A DNA stretch of 64,000 bases. Origin: Macrostomum lignano (taxonomy: Eukaryota). Position 1 is the first letter of the stretch, and every line of letters begins with the position of its first letter. The position numbers were made by a program, and so were the translations under genes. Below the pieces are notes generated by a model. That model saw nothing but the letters and a program-made list of their open reading frames with translations, did no database searches and was not told the DNA's origin. The stretch lies in NCBI GenBank assembly GCA_002269645.1, contig NIVC01000084.1:620001-684000 (forward strand). The letters are read 5' to 3'. Positions 1 through 13,500 of this stretch are shown here, piece by piece.

Positions 1-135
1 CCCGACTCTCCCTCTGCCTCCCCGACTCTCCCCCTGCCTCCCCCGACTCTCCCTCTGCCTCCCTCGACTCTCCCTGTCTCCCCTGACTCTCCCTCTGCCT
101 CCCTCGACTCTCCCTGTCTCCCCCACGCTCCTCTA
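1..135. repeat. Degenerate ~21-bp pyrimidine-rich minisatellite (ccccgactctccctctgcct-like), truncated by window edge
   Basis: Repeated cgactctcc/ctgcctccc units seen directly. Confidence 0.8.
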
Positions 136-687
136 TCTCCCAATCCTTTTACAGCATGTTGAACTCATCTTTTAACTAAGTGTGGCTATCAACGAGTTTC
201 AATCAGCAATAGACTCAACAGTGCAATATACACTCATATCATGGGTTAAAGGCAGTCATTTGTTACACTTATTCGCTTACAATCCCTCTAGTTTTGTGCT
301 GTCCGGAAATAAAGTAGTTTTCATTTGAAGTACTTGTCCGTATTCATCCGTATTTGTCAAACTGTGTGCTTTGTTTTCTTTCAAATGATTCTTATTTATA
401 TATTTATTAATAACTTGTTAATATCAACTCTGTCTTCCCTGACTTACATTTCATTCTATTTCAAAGTGTAAATTTTCTATTTAGCCTCTATCTGATTGAG
501 TAGCTATTGATCTGATTGCTCTATTTTATTAAACACGTGTGACTTGTGCTTATTGCTAATAAATTATGAAAGTTAAAAGTGATTGGATCCTTCTTAATGT
601 ACTTTCAGTGGAATTTCGGGCCAAAGAGGAGCAACTTCGCTCGTAAATGTACATGATCTGAGTGGCGTGTGTAGGAATTTTAACCCC

Positions 688-1082
688 AAGATCGGACACA
701 CCATCCCAGAGATCGGACACACCATCCCACAGATCGGACACACCATCCCAGAGATCGGACACATCATCCCAGAGATCGGACACACCATCCCAGAGATCAG
801 ACACATCATCCCAGAGATTAGACACACCATCCCAGAGATCGGACACATCATCCCAGAGATCGGACACATCATCCCAGAGATCGGACACATCATCCCAGAG
901 ATTGGACACACCATCCCAGAGATCGGACACATCATCCCAGAGATCGGACACATCATCCCAGAGATCGGACACATCATCCCAGAGATTGGACACACCATCC
1001 CAGAGATCGGACACATCATCCCAGAGATTAGACACACCATCCCAGAGATCGGACACATCATCCCAGAGATCGGACACCCAGA
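688..1082. repeat. 21-bp minisatellite (gagatcggacacatcatccca), ~18-19 copies
   Basis: Direct tandem copies; explains the heptad-repeat ORFs in several frames. Confidence 0.95.
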
Positions 1083-2125
1083 GAACACCGAAATGAAAAA
1101 CTTTCGCATGAAGGTAACAGCATTTATGTCATAGTTGGATACTTGTAACATTATACTATAGAATGGGGGCAGACATGCAGCATCGCAGATCATAGCCAAT
1201 ACACCTAGTCTGCCTCGATACTTCACAGGCATGCTAAAATGCCTTCGCTAGCCCAGCCTCTAAGTCTAAGAGAAGTCAGGCAGGACGCAAAAGAGAGATA
1301 GACAAAATATTTAAAACAATAGGGGAGAACGAGAGGCCGCCCAGCAGTAGTAGACAGAAGCAGCAGAGCTCATTGGGATCGGATTAATGAGGCCCCCATC
1401 TCAGTGGCAGGAGCCGCCGGACAGCGCGGTAAACAGAGGCGCAACGCCAGCCCAAAAATGCCTGACGAACGTGGGGCTGGAGAGACGGCTTGCAACACGC
1501 AACCACTGTAGCCGCGCACCTCGCTAATAACCCCCACCTCCGCTACGTTGGTAACCCGCTATATTTTTTCTGTGGAATTATAGGGATACAAAAACTCCAA
1601 CATCGGCATGGGATGGAAAGCAAGGATGCTCAATGGAACACATCGCACAATAAAATCTGTTGCGGATTATCATGGATATCAAAGTCGTCCCACTTGAAGT
1701 TGCAACTTGCAACCCCCTGCGGGATCAGGTCCCTGAGCTCCTTAACTCAAAATTTACGACTGCAACCCACATCCATTGGGGCTTGGAAGACAGCCTTCAA
1801 TTTTATGCCGTCGAGTTTCTGAACCTGGGTTCGAGTCCCATTCAAGACCACATAAATTTGATGTCATACCCGGAACCCATCTGCAGACCAGTCACTCTAA
1901 TGAGGTTTATAATCTATCCAAAGTCATACCATAGACTGCGTACCTGCCTGAAATTGAGAAAGTCAGAGCCGCTGTTGTCTCCCTCTGTGCATGCTCAGAG
2001 GCCAGTGGAACAATGTCCAAGAGTAGATAGTCAACTGCTCGCCTCCTCGCTGCCTGCGGGTCCAACTAACTGACAAATAATGGTACGAACAGACAGATGC
2101 TTTAAACAAAAAATCTTAGAAAAAT

Positions 2126-2323
2126 TTGTTTCAAGTTAGGCGTACGCTCTCTACCGCTATAAGGGTCTTGTCTTCTATCAAGCCATCAGCCAAGCCAAAT
2201 CAGTTTCAGACTGTGTTGAAAAGCTTGAAAAACTCAGCGATCTTCAATAGGATCAACGTGGTCTGGACACCAGGCCATGGCGACATCCTGGGCAACGAGC
2301 TAGTGGATCAACTCGCCAAATGA
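2126..2323 (+). pseudogene. Decayed retroelement RNase H remnant (probably non-LTR)
   Basis: Translation STAIRVLSS...INVVWTPGHGDILGNELVDQLAK matches the RNase H C-terminal motif W-x-P-G-H-x-x-I-x-G-N-E-x-x-D-x-L-A-K; no intact upstream RT frame. Confidence 0.65.
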
Positions 2324-2433
2324 AAGCAGCACCCCAGAAGTGCGCGCCGCTCGGTCAAGCTGCCTACAAGGAAGTCATTCTCGGTCAGGAGTTCACATTT
2401 TAACAGTTCGACCAGCAGTTGCTGAGCTGCTCC

Positions 2434-2600
2434 TCACGGCAGGGCGGCAAAGAAGTCTCGAATCTCGGTATCGTTCATGCAGCCGCGATGGCCCTGATGG
2501 AGCCTTTGAACCGAGTGGCATGACTGTAGCGCTTGCCGAACCGAAAGCAGAACTTCGACACCGAAATAGAAGCAGTTGAGTGCTCCAGATAAAACGCCAC
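2434..2600 (-). pseudogene. Frameshifted partial duplicate of the last exon of the 3273-6075 gene
   Basis: FCFRFGKRYSHATRFKGSIRAIA / MNDTEIRDFFAALP aligns to NCFRFGKRPSDARMFKGTVRGIAMSNVTMSESEIRDFFAIIG with a ~10-nt deletion that shifts frame. Confidence 0.7.
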
Positions 2601-2619
2601 TATCTAATAAGTGAGGGTC

Positions 2620-2800
2620 CATATGTCTAACAGGTAAAAGGCCACTCTAATTACCAGGCGAGTGTCCCTATCTAACAGGTAAAATGCTACTCTATCCACC
2701 AGGCGAGTGTCCCTACCTAACAGGTAAAATGCTACTTGATTCACTTGGTGGATTGATAAGGAATCTATCTGGTGGATTGAGTAGCATTTTACCTGTTACA
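2620..2800. repeat. Small foldback/MITE-like repeat: ~45-bp unit x2.5 plus an inverted copy
   Basis: taacaggtaaaatgctactc tandem at 2627-2735 and its reverse complement gagtagcattttacctgtta near 2779-2798. Confidence 0.6.
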
Positions 2801-3272
2801 TAGGCACACAGTTTGTGGATAAAGTATCATGGCTATAATGTAATACATAGTCAACGTAGAGTGCTGAAAAGCAGTCTGATGCACCTGAGCCACATTCTAA
2901 CTTGCGCTGAAAACGGATGCTAAAGGCGTCCAAAATAAAAAAGTCATGTGTGAACACTTGTTTTTTATCCCGTTAATAATTTGAAAGTTGTTAAAAAACT
3001 GATTTTTACAAGATCCTATCCCGATCCCAGCTGATTCTGAACCAAAATAACCATTTATCGACTGAATTTAAATAATTTGGCCTGTGGAGTCGGACAGGTA
3101 CATTTACATTCAAATCATATTTCAACTGTAGCTCATTCATCTGATCCAAAACATTTTCCAAAGTCCAGCCTATTACAAGTTAAACTACTTTTTGAAAGCA
3201 GCGGCGTTCGAATATTCATTGAAAAAAGTTCAACTGCTTGTTGATTCGCCAAGAGTCACACAAAACCTTCGT

Positions 3273-6075
3273 TCAGCCGATGATGGCAAAGAAGTCGCGG
3301 ATCTCGCTCTCAGACATGGTGACGTTGCTCATGGCGATGCCCCGCACAGTTCCTTTGAACATTCGAGCATCACTGGGTCGCTTGCCGAACCTGAAGCAGT
3401 TCTGAGGCAGCAGAGTATAGTTAGTAAAAGTACTCAGGTTGAAGGAGGCCGTCGGCAAGAAGGCGTCGTTCACGAACACTCCCCACGAGTCAGCCGCTGG
3501 AGCCGATATGAAGCCGAAGTTCACCCACTCGTTGGCGTTCGAAGTGAGCGCAGTTGTCGAAGTTCGATAACGTGTTGGAGCGGCACCGGTTTCGGTTTTG
3601 AACACAATATAGGGTGTAGAGGGAACTTCGTGCGAGCCCTCCCAGATAAGGTGGTAGAAGGTTCTGAGTATAAAAATTACACGTGAGCTACTATACAGAA
3701 AACCCTATGGCATTATTTTTGTTATTTCTTTAAAAAAAATAAAATCTACGCTGTTGCAGTTTATTTTTTACCAATTGGAAAGTAAGAAAACAGTAATTAC
3801 CCTCTGTGATTGTAAAAAGTAGTTTTTTGGTACAAATATGAGTTAAAATATAGCATAAGTGCCAGTAGAGGTAAAGAAAGCATGCACTTGATTGCGTCTA
3901 AAAGAGATTAATTTTGGTTCACACATCATAAAAATGTTTTTGTCAGCAATTTAAACACTAAGTGTCTTGGTTGGCGCCCCCCTGTCTCTTGGTTGGCGCC
4001 CCTGTCTCTTGGTTGGCGCCCCTGTCATTTGATTGGCGCCCCTGTCTCTTGGTTGGCGCCCCTGTCTCTTGGTTGGCGCCCCTGTCTTTTGATTGGCGCC
4101 CCTGTCTCTTGGTTGGCGCCCCTGTCTCTTGGTTGGCGCCCAGGCAGAAGTAAACTAATGCTTTTATATTTTGGATGAAAGTAAACTGTAAACTGTAAAC
4201 TGTAAACTGCTACTTTATTGTTATCTTAGTTACGACTATTTAACAATATTCACTGAAAGAATAGCATCGATGGTGTTTTAATTCGATATGAATTCTACTA
4301 GTCGCTTGAGCAGTCTGTGGTATTCTATGGAATGGAAGACTTTTGAGTACAGCACAATGAAGAATGCAGGATGCAGAATGAAGAATGAAGAATGACGGAT
4401 GACGAATAAAGAATGCAGAAAGAAGAATGAAGAATGAAGAATGAAGAAAGAAGAAAGAAGAATGAAGAATGAAGAATGAAGAATGAAGAATGAAGAATGA
4501 AGAAAGAAGAAAGAAGAATGAAGAATGCAGAATGAAGAATGAAGAATGAAGAATGAAGAAAGAAGAAAGAAGAATGAAGAATGAAAAATAAAAAATGAAA
4601 AATGAAAAATGAATAATGAATAATGAAGAATGAGGAATGAAGAATGAAGAATGAAGAATGAAGAATGAAGAATGAAGAATGAAAAATGAAGAATGAAAGA
4701 TGAAGAATGAAGAATGAAGAATGAAGAATGAAGAATGAAAGATGAAGAATGAAGAATGAAGAATGAAGAATGAAGAATGAAAAATAAAAAATGAAAAATG
4801 AAGAATGAAGAATGAATAATGAAGAATGAGGAATGAAGAATGAAGAATGAAGAATGAAAAATAAAAAATGAAAAATGAAGAATGAAGAATGAATAATGAA
4901 GAATGAGGAATGAAGAATGAAGAATGAAGAATGAAGAATGAAGAATGAAGAATGAAAAATAAAAAATGAAAAATGAAGAATGAAGAATGAATAATGAATA
5001 ATGAAGAATGAGGAATGAAGAATGAAGAATGAAGAATGAAGAAAGCAGAATGAAGAATGCAGAAAAAAGAATTATTTGTATAGTTTATAATTATCCGACA
5101 GTGTTTCGTGTTGTCGACGCTCTCGTGCGGTGCCGACACTTTATGGCCACGCACTTAAAACGAAAAAACTAAGACATTGAAAACGCATACTTTTGAATGC
5201 CTAGGGAGTTCTTTTTTTCAGCCAGAGTTGTATTATATTGTTTTTCTTTTAGTTTGTTGACTACACAATTTCCTGTATATTGATATTTATGTGGTTGCTT
5301 AAATTTATTCTTAAATTATTTTTCTTGTTTATTGTGCTTCCATGTTGTTAAGCCGTTTGCCTCGGAAACGAGTAATTTCTGGTAGGATAGCTGACTAATT
5401 GGATTGAAAGAGCGCACACAAAAGCACGGAGGGGGAGTAGAGGCGTGGCATAGTGATTGTAGTTTTTGTCAGCTGCTCATAGCAGAGATTGATGCTCCAG
5501 CCGTCTTGATGAGCTCTCACTCCTGGAAGTAGTGACGGCAGAACCTGCGCTGGCGCACCTGCCAGATCTGCAGGCTGGTCAGAGCGGTGCAGAGGTTCTC
5601 AACGCATTCGGCCAGAGGCTTGTACTCGTAGCCCCGGTGCAGCCAGTGGATCACATGACTCACGTCCAGGCGGAGGCAGTGGCTGAGCTCCTTCCTGGGG
5701 GTCTCGGCGTCCTCGGCGGCGCTGCAGTGTGGTGGCAGTTTTTGGTTGGGGAAAATCAGCATCCCGAGTCATCAAGGAGCCACGCCTTGAGCCAAAACCC
5801 CTACTTACCGAACGATCTGGGCTTTGGATGTTGCCGGGCTTGGCCACCGTGATGTAGACGGTGCCGCCAGCCTGCGGGTACAGCAGGATCAAGGATCTGC
5901 AGTAGTGCTTGAACTCGGTGCAGCCGGGCATGGGCTGAGCCAGACCAAGCAGGGTGGCCTGGCCCAGAGAGGCGCTGGCGGTGCTGTTCCCGCTCAGGCA
6001 CTCGTAGCTGGCAGCGGCCGAGGCCGCCATCAGGGCGGTGGCAGCCAGGAGCAGCGCAGCGGATACGGTCGACAT
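3273..6075 (-). CDS. Multi-exon putative secreted protein; last exon resembles the end of a concanavalin-A/LamG/pentraxin-like fold
   Basis: Exon 1 (6075-5813) begins with a hydrophobic signal peptide MSTVSAALLLAATALMAASAAAS and ends at a GTAAGT donor. A Cys-containing open frame lies at ~5530-5730. Last exon 3663-3273 follows a tactcag acceptor and ends FKGTVRGIAMSNVTMSESEIRDFF. Internal exon phases not fully resolved; fold call is inference. Confidence 0.5.
3962..4141. repeat. 20-bp minisatellite (cctgtctcttggttggcgcc), ~9 copies, intronic
   Basis: Direct tandem copies. Confidence 0.9.
4366..5065. repeat. (GAAGAAT)n purine-rich 7-bp microsatellite
   Basis: Direct observation; source of the F/I/L/H/S 304-aa pseudo-ORF. 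Confidence 0.95.
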
Positions 6076-7554
6076 CCTTGGTTGAAGAGCTGAGAGTCTC
6101 GAGTTTGTTCAGCGCTGCGTAAATCCTCCGCTTGTCTGTGAAAGAGTTTCTGAGCACCGAATTTTTGCTTGTATTTATAGAAAATTGTCCTCTGAGGTGG
6201 GTGAACTGGGATGGTTTGCAGCTAAATGGCTAGCTGAGATTTAAACGAATCGTCTGTAAGTACTAATTAAAACTGGAGGGCTTATTGGCAGGTAGACAGA
6301 CAGGTGATTATAAAATATCGAACTCGTCAATATCCACTACGGTTATGGCTCAAATGTACGAGTCGACAAAATTAATTTAGGCGTAAATAAGATACGAGTG
6401 GGGCTCGGTCACCCCGCGTCCCTCGCAGTTTAAGACTTCATGCCATGACGCAACTGTGGATGGGTTTCAGCCCTCTGCAGCCCTATCATTGCTTAGCAAT
6501 AAACTGACAGTAACAACCAAAAAATGAAACCCAGAACAGTAAAGTGATGTGGTCAGAGTGCGCCAGATGGCGCCTTGCCAATGGTGTCGAGCGCCCCTGC
6601 GTCGCACAGCAGGCAGTCCATGTGTCATGTGTCATGTGTCATGCGTCGCCACCGCCGACACACAGTGGTAGATAGACGTCGCTGCTGAGCCCCCTTGTAC
6701 AGGGCTTCAGATCCCACGCTTCTGTCAGCTTTGTACAACTGGACAGTCTTGACCACCACCTACCACAACCGACTCCTGTGGCGATCGGGCAGTGCTTCGT
6801 ACAGAAGGACGGCCCGGATGCGGATCGGTTGGCCGACCAGGCAAGTTATCTGCGCCACCGGATTTCCCTCCGTGGGGCACCAGACCGATGAGGTACATGT
6901 AGGTGAACAGCTGGCAGTGCGCAAGCGTGGTCTCTCTTTTTGGGCCTCAGATGCCCCCCCCCCCAGCCCCACCGGCGGATCCAGCTTTGGGGCAGCGTGG
7001 CTGGGGCCAACTGCTCTGCAGACAATAATTGGTCATTTATACATGTAAAACTCGATGCAGTAGCCGTAAGCCAGAAGCGAAAATGATTTAGGACCCATCA
7101 GTGAAGCAGTGAATTTTATGGGGTTTCCAATTGTCCCTTGCCAAATGGAGTGGTGGAGAGGCTGGTTTTGAATTCACGCCGCGGGCAGAGCAGCGTGGGC
7201 GGAGTTCCGTCCATGAGGGTCAGCAGGCCTCCCCTTGCTTCCTGTTCTCGCAGGCTGAGATCTCCGTGCGGCCGGAGGTTACACTTTCTGAAAGCAAACT
7301 ATACACTTCTTCTGGATAAGGAGGCCGTCGTCTAACAGTTCAAAGGGGGCCAAATGGGACATTCTCACGAAAGACCAATACCGCCCGCATAGAGAGTTTA
7401 TGAAATAATGCTCGAAATTCATTCATTTATCAAGCATAATAGAAAAAAGCTTGGATCTGAGTCAACCCTCCATCTTAAGGATTCTCTGACTCCTTGCTAG
7501 TTCTTGGAAAAAACACAGTGCACTTCTGCGATGCTTTTAAATATAGACAAGACG

Positions 7555-10500
7555 GTGCATGCACTCATTCTAGCGCCGCAGTCACTCATTTTGGCGCCGC
7601 AGGCACTCATTTCAGCGCCGCAGTCACTCATTTCAGCGCTACGGGTATCATTTTGGTGCTGCAGGCACTCAATTTAGCGCCACGGGTACCATTTTGGTGC
7701 TGCAGGCACTCATTTTAGCGCCACGGGTACCATTTTGGTGCTGCAGGCACTCATTTTAGCGCCACGGGTATCATTTTGGTGCTGCAGGCACTCATTTTAG
7801 CGCCACGGGTATCATTTTGGTGCTGCAGGCACTCATTTTAGCGCCACGGGTACCATTTTGGTGCTGCAGGCACTCATTTTAGCGCCACGGGTATCATTTT
7901 GGTGCTGCAGGCACTCATTTTAGCGCCACGGGTATCATTTTGGTGCTGCAGGCACTCATTTTAGCGCCACGGGTACCATTTTGGTGCTGCAGGCACTCAT
8001 TTTAGCGCCACGGGTATCATTTTGGTGCTGCAGGCACTCATTTTAGCGCCACGGGTATCATTTTGGTGCTGCAGGCACTCATTTTAGCGCCACGGGTATC
8101 ATTTTGGTGCTGCAGGCACTCATTTTAGCGCCACGGGTACCATTTTGGTGCTGCAGGCACTCATTTTAGCGCCACGGGTATCATTTTGGTGCTGCAGGCA
8201 CTCATTTTAGCGCCACGGGTATCATTTTGGTGCTGCAGGCACTCATTTTAGCGCCACGGGTATCATTTTGGTGCTGCAGGCACTCATTTTAGCGCCACGG
8301 GTATCATTTTGGTGCTGCAGGCACTCATTTTAGCGCCACGGGTATCATTTTGGTGCTGCAGGCACTCATTTTAGCGCCACGGGTACCATTTTGGTGCTGC
8401 AGGAACTCATTTTAGCGCCACGGGTATCATTTTGGTGCTGCAGGCACTCATTTTAGCGCCACGGGTACCATTTTGGTGCTGCAGGCACTCATTTTAGCAC
8501 AACGGGTATCATTTTGGTGCTGCAGGCACTCATTTTAGCGCCACGGGTATCATTTTGGTGCTGCAGGAACTCATTTTAGCGCCACGGGTATCATTTTGGT
8601 GCTGCAGGCACTCATTTTAGCGCCACGGGTATCATTTTGGTGCTGCAGGCACTCATTTTAGCGCCACGGGTATCATTTTGGTGCTGCAGGCACTCATTTT
8701 AGCGCCACGGGTATCATTTTGGTGCTGCAGGCACTCATTTTAGCGCCACGGGTATCATTTTGGTGCTGCAGGCACTCATTTTAGCGCCACGGGTATCATT
8801 TTGGTGCTGCAGGCACTCATTTTAGCGCCACGGGTACCATTTTGGTGCTGCAGGCACTCATTTTAGCGCCACGGGTATCATTTTGGTGCTGCAGGCACTC
8901 ATTTTAGCACAACGGGTATCATTTTGGTGCTGCAGGCACTCATTTTAGCGCCACGGGTATCGTTTTGGTGCTGCAGGCACTCATTTTAGCGCCACGGGTA
9001 TCATTTTGGTGCTGCAGGCACTCAATTTAGCGCCACGGGTACCATTTTGGTGCTGCAGGCACTCATTTTAGCGCCACGGGTATCATTTTGGTGCTGCAGG
9101 CACTCATTTTAGCGCCACGGGTACCATTTTGGTGCTGCAGGCACTCATTTTAGCGCCACGGGTATCATTTTGGTGCTGCAGGCACTCATTTTAGCGCCAC
9201 GGGTACCATTTTGGTGCTGCAGGCACTCATTTTAGCGCCACGGGTATCATTTTGGTGCTGCAGGCACTCATTTTAGCGCCACGGGTACCATTTTGGTGCT
9301 GCAGGCACTCATTTTAGCGCCACGGGTACCATTTTGGTGCTGCAGGCACTCATTTTAGCGCCACGGGTATCATTTTCGTGCTGCAGGCACTCATTTTAGC
9401 GCCACGGGTATCATTTTGGTGCTGCAGGCACTCATTTTAGCGCCACGGGTACCATTTTGGTGCTGCAGGCACTCATTTTAGCGCCACGGGTATCATTTTG
9501 GTGCTGCAGGCACTCATTTTAGCGCCACGGGTACCATTTTGGTGCTGCAGGCACTCATTTTAGCGCCACGGGTATCATTTTGGTGCTGCAGGCACTCATT
9601 TTAGCGCCACGGGTATCATTTTGGTGCTGCAGGCACTCATTTTAGCGCCACGGGTACCATTTTGGTGCTGCAGGCACTCATTTTAGCGCCACGGGTATCA
9701 TTTTGGTGCTGCAGGCACTCATTTTAGCGCCACGGGTATCATTTTGGTGCTGCAGGCACTCATTTTAGCGCCACGGGTATCATTTTGGTGCTGCAGGCAC
9801 TCATTTTAGCGCCACGGGTACCATTTTGGTGCTGCAGGCACTCATTTTAGCGCCACGGGTATCATTTTGGTGCTGCAGGCACTCATTTTAGCGCCACGGG
9901 TATCATTTTGGTGCTGCAGGCACTCATTTTAGCGCCACGGGTATCATTTTGGTGCTGCAGGCACTCATTTTAGCGCCACGGGTATCATTTTGGTGCTGCA
10001 GGCACTCATTTTAGCGCCACGGGTATCATTTTGGTGCTGCAGGCACTCATTTTAGCGCCACGGGTATCATTTTGGTGCTGCAGGCACTCATTTTAGCGCC
10101 ACGGGTACCATTTTGGTGCTGCAGGCACTCATTTTAGCGCCACGGGTATCATTTTGGTGCTGCAGGCACTCATTTTAGCGCACGGGTATCATTTTGGTGC
10201 TGCAGGCACTCATTTTAGCGCCACGGGTATCATTTTGGTGCTGCAGGCACTCATTTTAGCGCCACGGGTATCATTTTGGTGCTGCAGGCACTCATTTTAG
10301 CGCCACGGGTATCATTTTGGTGCTGCAGGCACTCATTTTAGCGCCACGGGTATCATTTTGGTGCTGCAGGCACTCATTTTAGCGCCACGGGTATCATTTT
10401 GGTGCTGCAGGCACTCATTTTAGCGCCACGGGTATCATTTTGGTGCTGCAGGCACTCATTTTAGCGCCACGGGTACCATTTTGGTGCTGCAGGCACTCAT

Positions 10501-13500
10501 TTTAGCGCCACGGGTATCATTTTGGTGCTGCAGGCACTCATTTTAGCGCCACGGGTATCATTTTGGTGCTGCAGGCACTCATTTTAGCGCCACGGGTACA
10601 TTTTGGTGCTGCAGGCACTCATTTTAGCGCCACGGGTACATTTTGGTGCTGCAGGCACTCATTTTAGCGCCACGGGTATCATTTTGGTGCTGCAGGCACT
10701 CATTTTAGCGCCACGGGTATCATTTTGGTGCTGCAGGCACTCATTTTAGCGCCACGGGTATCATTTTGGTGCTGCAGGCACTCATTTTAGCGCCACGGGT
10801 ACATTTTGGTGCTGCAGGCACTCATTTTAGCGCCACGGGTATCATTTTGGTGCTGCAGGCACTCATTTTAGCGCCACGGGTATCATTTTGGTGCTGCAGG
10901 CACTCATTTTAGCGCCACGGGTATCATTTTGGTGCTGCAGGCACTCATTTTAGCGCCACGGGTATCATTTTGGTGCTGCAGGCACTCATTTTAGCGCCAC
11001 GGGTATCATTTTGGTGCTGCAGGCACTCATTTTAGCGCCACGGGTATCATTTTGGTGCTGCAGGCACTCATTTTAGCGCCACGGGTACATTTTGGTGCTG
11101 CAGGCACTCATTTTAGCGCCACGGGTATCATTTTGGTGCTGCAGGCACTCATTTTAGCGCCACGGGTACATTTTGGTGCTGCAGGCACTCATTTTAGCGC
11201 CACGGGTATCATTTTGGTGCTGCAGGCACTCATTTTAGCGCCACGGGTACATTTTGGTGCTGCAGGCACTCATTTTAGCGCCACGGGTATCATTTTGGTG
11301 CTGCAGGCACTCATTTTAGCGCCACGGGTATCATTTTGGTGCTGCAGGCACTCATTTTAGCGCCACGGGTATCATTTTGGTGCTGCAGGCACTCATTTTA
11401 GCGCCACGGGTATCATTTTGGTGCTGCAGGCACTCATTTTAGCGCCACGGGTATCATTTTGGTGCTGCAGGCACTCATTTTAGCGCCACGGGTATCATTT
11501 TGGTGCTGCAGGCACTCATTTTAGCGCCACGGGTATCATTTTGGTGCTGCAGGCACTCATTTTAGCGCCACGGGTACATTTTGGTGCTGCAGGCACTCAT
11601 TTTAGCGCCACGGGTATCATTTTGGTGCTGCAGGCACTCATTTTAGCGCCACGGGTATCATTTTGGTGCTGCAGGCACTCATTTTAGCGCCACGGGTATC
11701 ATTTTGGTGCTGCAGGCACTCATTTTAGCGCCACGGGTATCATTTTGGTGCTGCAGGCACTCATTTTAGCGCCACGGGTACATTTTGGTGCTGCAGGCAC
11801 TCATTTTAGCGCCACGGGTATCATTTTGGTGCTGCAGGCACTCATTTTAGCGCCACGGGTATCATTTTGGTGCTGCAGGCACTCATTTTAGCGCCACGGG
11901 TATCATTTTGGTGCTGCAGGCACTCATTTTAGCGCCACGGGTATCATTTTGGTGCTGCAGGCACTCATTTTAGCGCCACGGGTACATTTTGGTGCTGCAG
12001 GCACTCATTTTAGCGCCACGGGTATCATTTTGGTGCTGCAGGCACTCATTTTAGCGCCACGGGTATCATTTTGGTGCTGCAGGCACTCATTTTAGCGCCA
12101 CGGGTATCATTTTGGTGCTGCAGGCACTCATTTTAGCGCCACGGGTATCATTTTGGTGCTGCAGGCACTCATTTTAGCGCCACGGGTATCATTTTGGTGC
12201 TGCAGGCACTCATTTTAGCGCCACGGGTATCATTTTGGTGCTGCAGGCACTCATTTTAGCGCCACGGGTATCATTTTGGTGCTGCAGGCACTCATTTTAG
12301 CGCCACGGGTATCATTTTGGTGCTGCAGGCACTCATTTTAGCGCCACGGGTATCATTTTGGTGCTGCAGGCACTCATTTTAGCGCCACGGGTATCATTTT
12401 GGTGCTGCAGGCACTCATTTTAGCGCCACGGGTATCATTTTGGTGCTGCAGGCACTCATTTTAGCGCCACGGGTATCATTTTGGTGCTGCAGGCACTCAT
12501 TTTAGCGCCACGGGTATCATTTTGGTGCTGCAGGCACTCATTTTAGCGCCACGGGTATCATTTTGGTGCTGCAGGCACTCATTTTAGCGCCACGGGTATC
12601 ATTTTGGTGCTGCAGGCACTCATTTTAGCGCCACGGGTATCATTTTGGTGCTGCAGGCACTCATTTTAGCGCCACGGGTATCATTTTGGTGCTGCAGGCA
12701 CTCATTTTAGCGCCACGGGTATCATTTTGGTGCTGCAGGCACTCATTTTAGCGCCACGGGTATCATTTTGGTGCTGCAGGCACTCATTTTAGCGCCACGG
12801 GTATCATTTTGGTGCTGCAGGCACTCATTTTAGCGCCACGGGTATCATTTTGGTGCTGCAGGCACTCATTTTAGCGCCACGGGTATCATTTTGGTGCTGC
12901 AGGCACTCATTTTAGCGCCACGGGTATCATTTTGGTGCTGCAGGCACTCATTTTAGCGCCACGGGTATCATTTTGGTGCTGCAGGCACTCATTTTAGCGC
13001 CACGGGTATCATTTTGGTGCTGCAGGCACTCATTTTAGCGCCACGGGTATCATTTTGGTGCTGCAGGCACTCATTTTAGCGCCACGGGTATCATTTTGGT
13101 GCTGCAGGCACTCATTTTAGCGCCACGGGTATCATTTTGGTGCTGCAGGCACTCATTTTAGCGCCACGGGTATCATTTTGGTGCTGCAGGCACTCATTTT
13201 AGCGCCACGGGTATCATTTTGGTGCTGCAGGCACTCATTTTAGCGCCACGGGTATCATTTTGGTGCTGCAGGCACTCATTTTAGCGCCACGGGTATCATT
13301 TTGGTGCTGCAGGCACTCATTTTAGCGCCACGGGTATCATTTTGGTGCTGCAGGCACTCATTTTAGCGCCACGGGTATCATTTTGGTGCTGCAGGCACTC
13401 ATTTTAGCGCCACGGGTATCATTTTGGTGCTGCAGGCACTCATTTTAGCGCCACGGGTATCATTTTGGTGCTGCAGGCACTCATTTTAGCGCCACGGGTA

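Noticed and set aside
556-1232. Four overlapping heptad-repeat ORFs (SDLWDDV, PEIGHII etc.)
   Set aside because: Products of a stop-free 21-bp minisatellite, open in several frames on both strands; no independent coding evidence
4240-5154. 304-aa hydrophobic membrane-protein-like ORF
   Set aside because: Translation of the (GAAGAAT)n microsatellite
6695-7335. GC-rich short ORFs upstream of the satellite
   Set aside because: No recognisable motifs or consistent exon chain; could be real exons but unsupported
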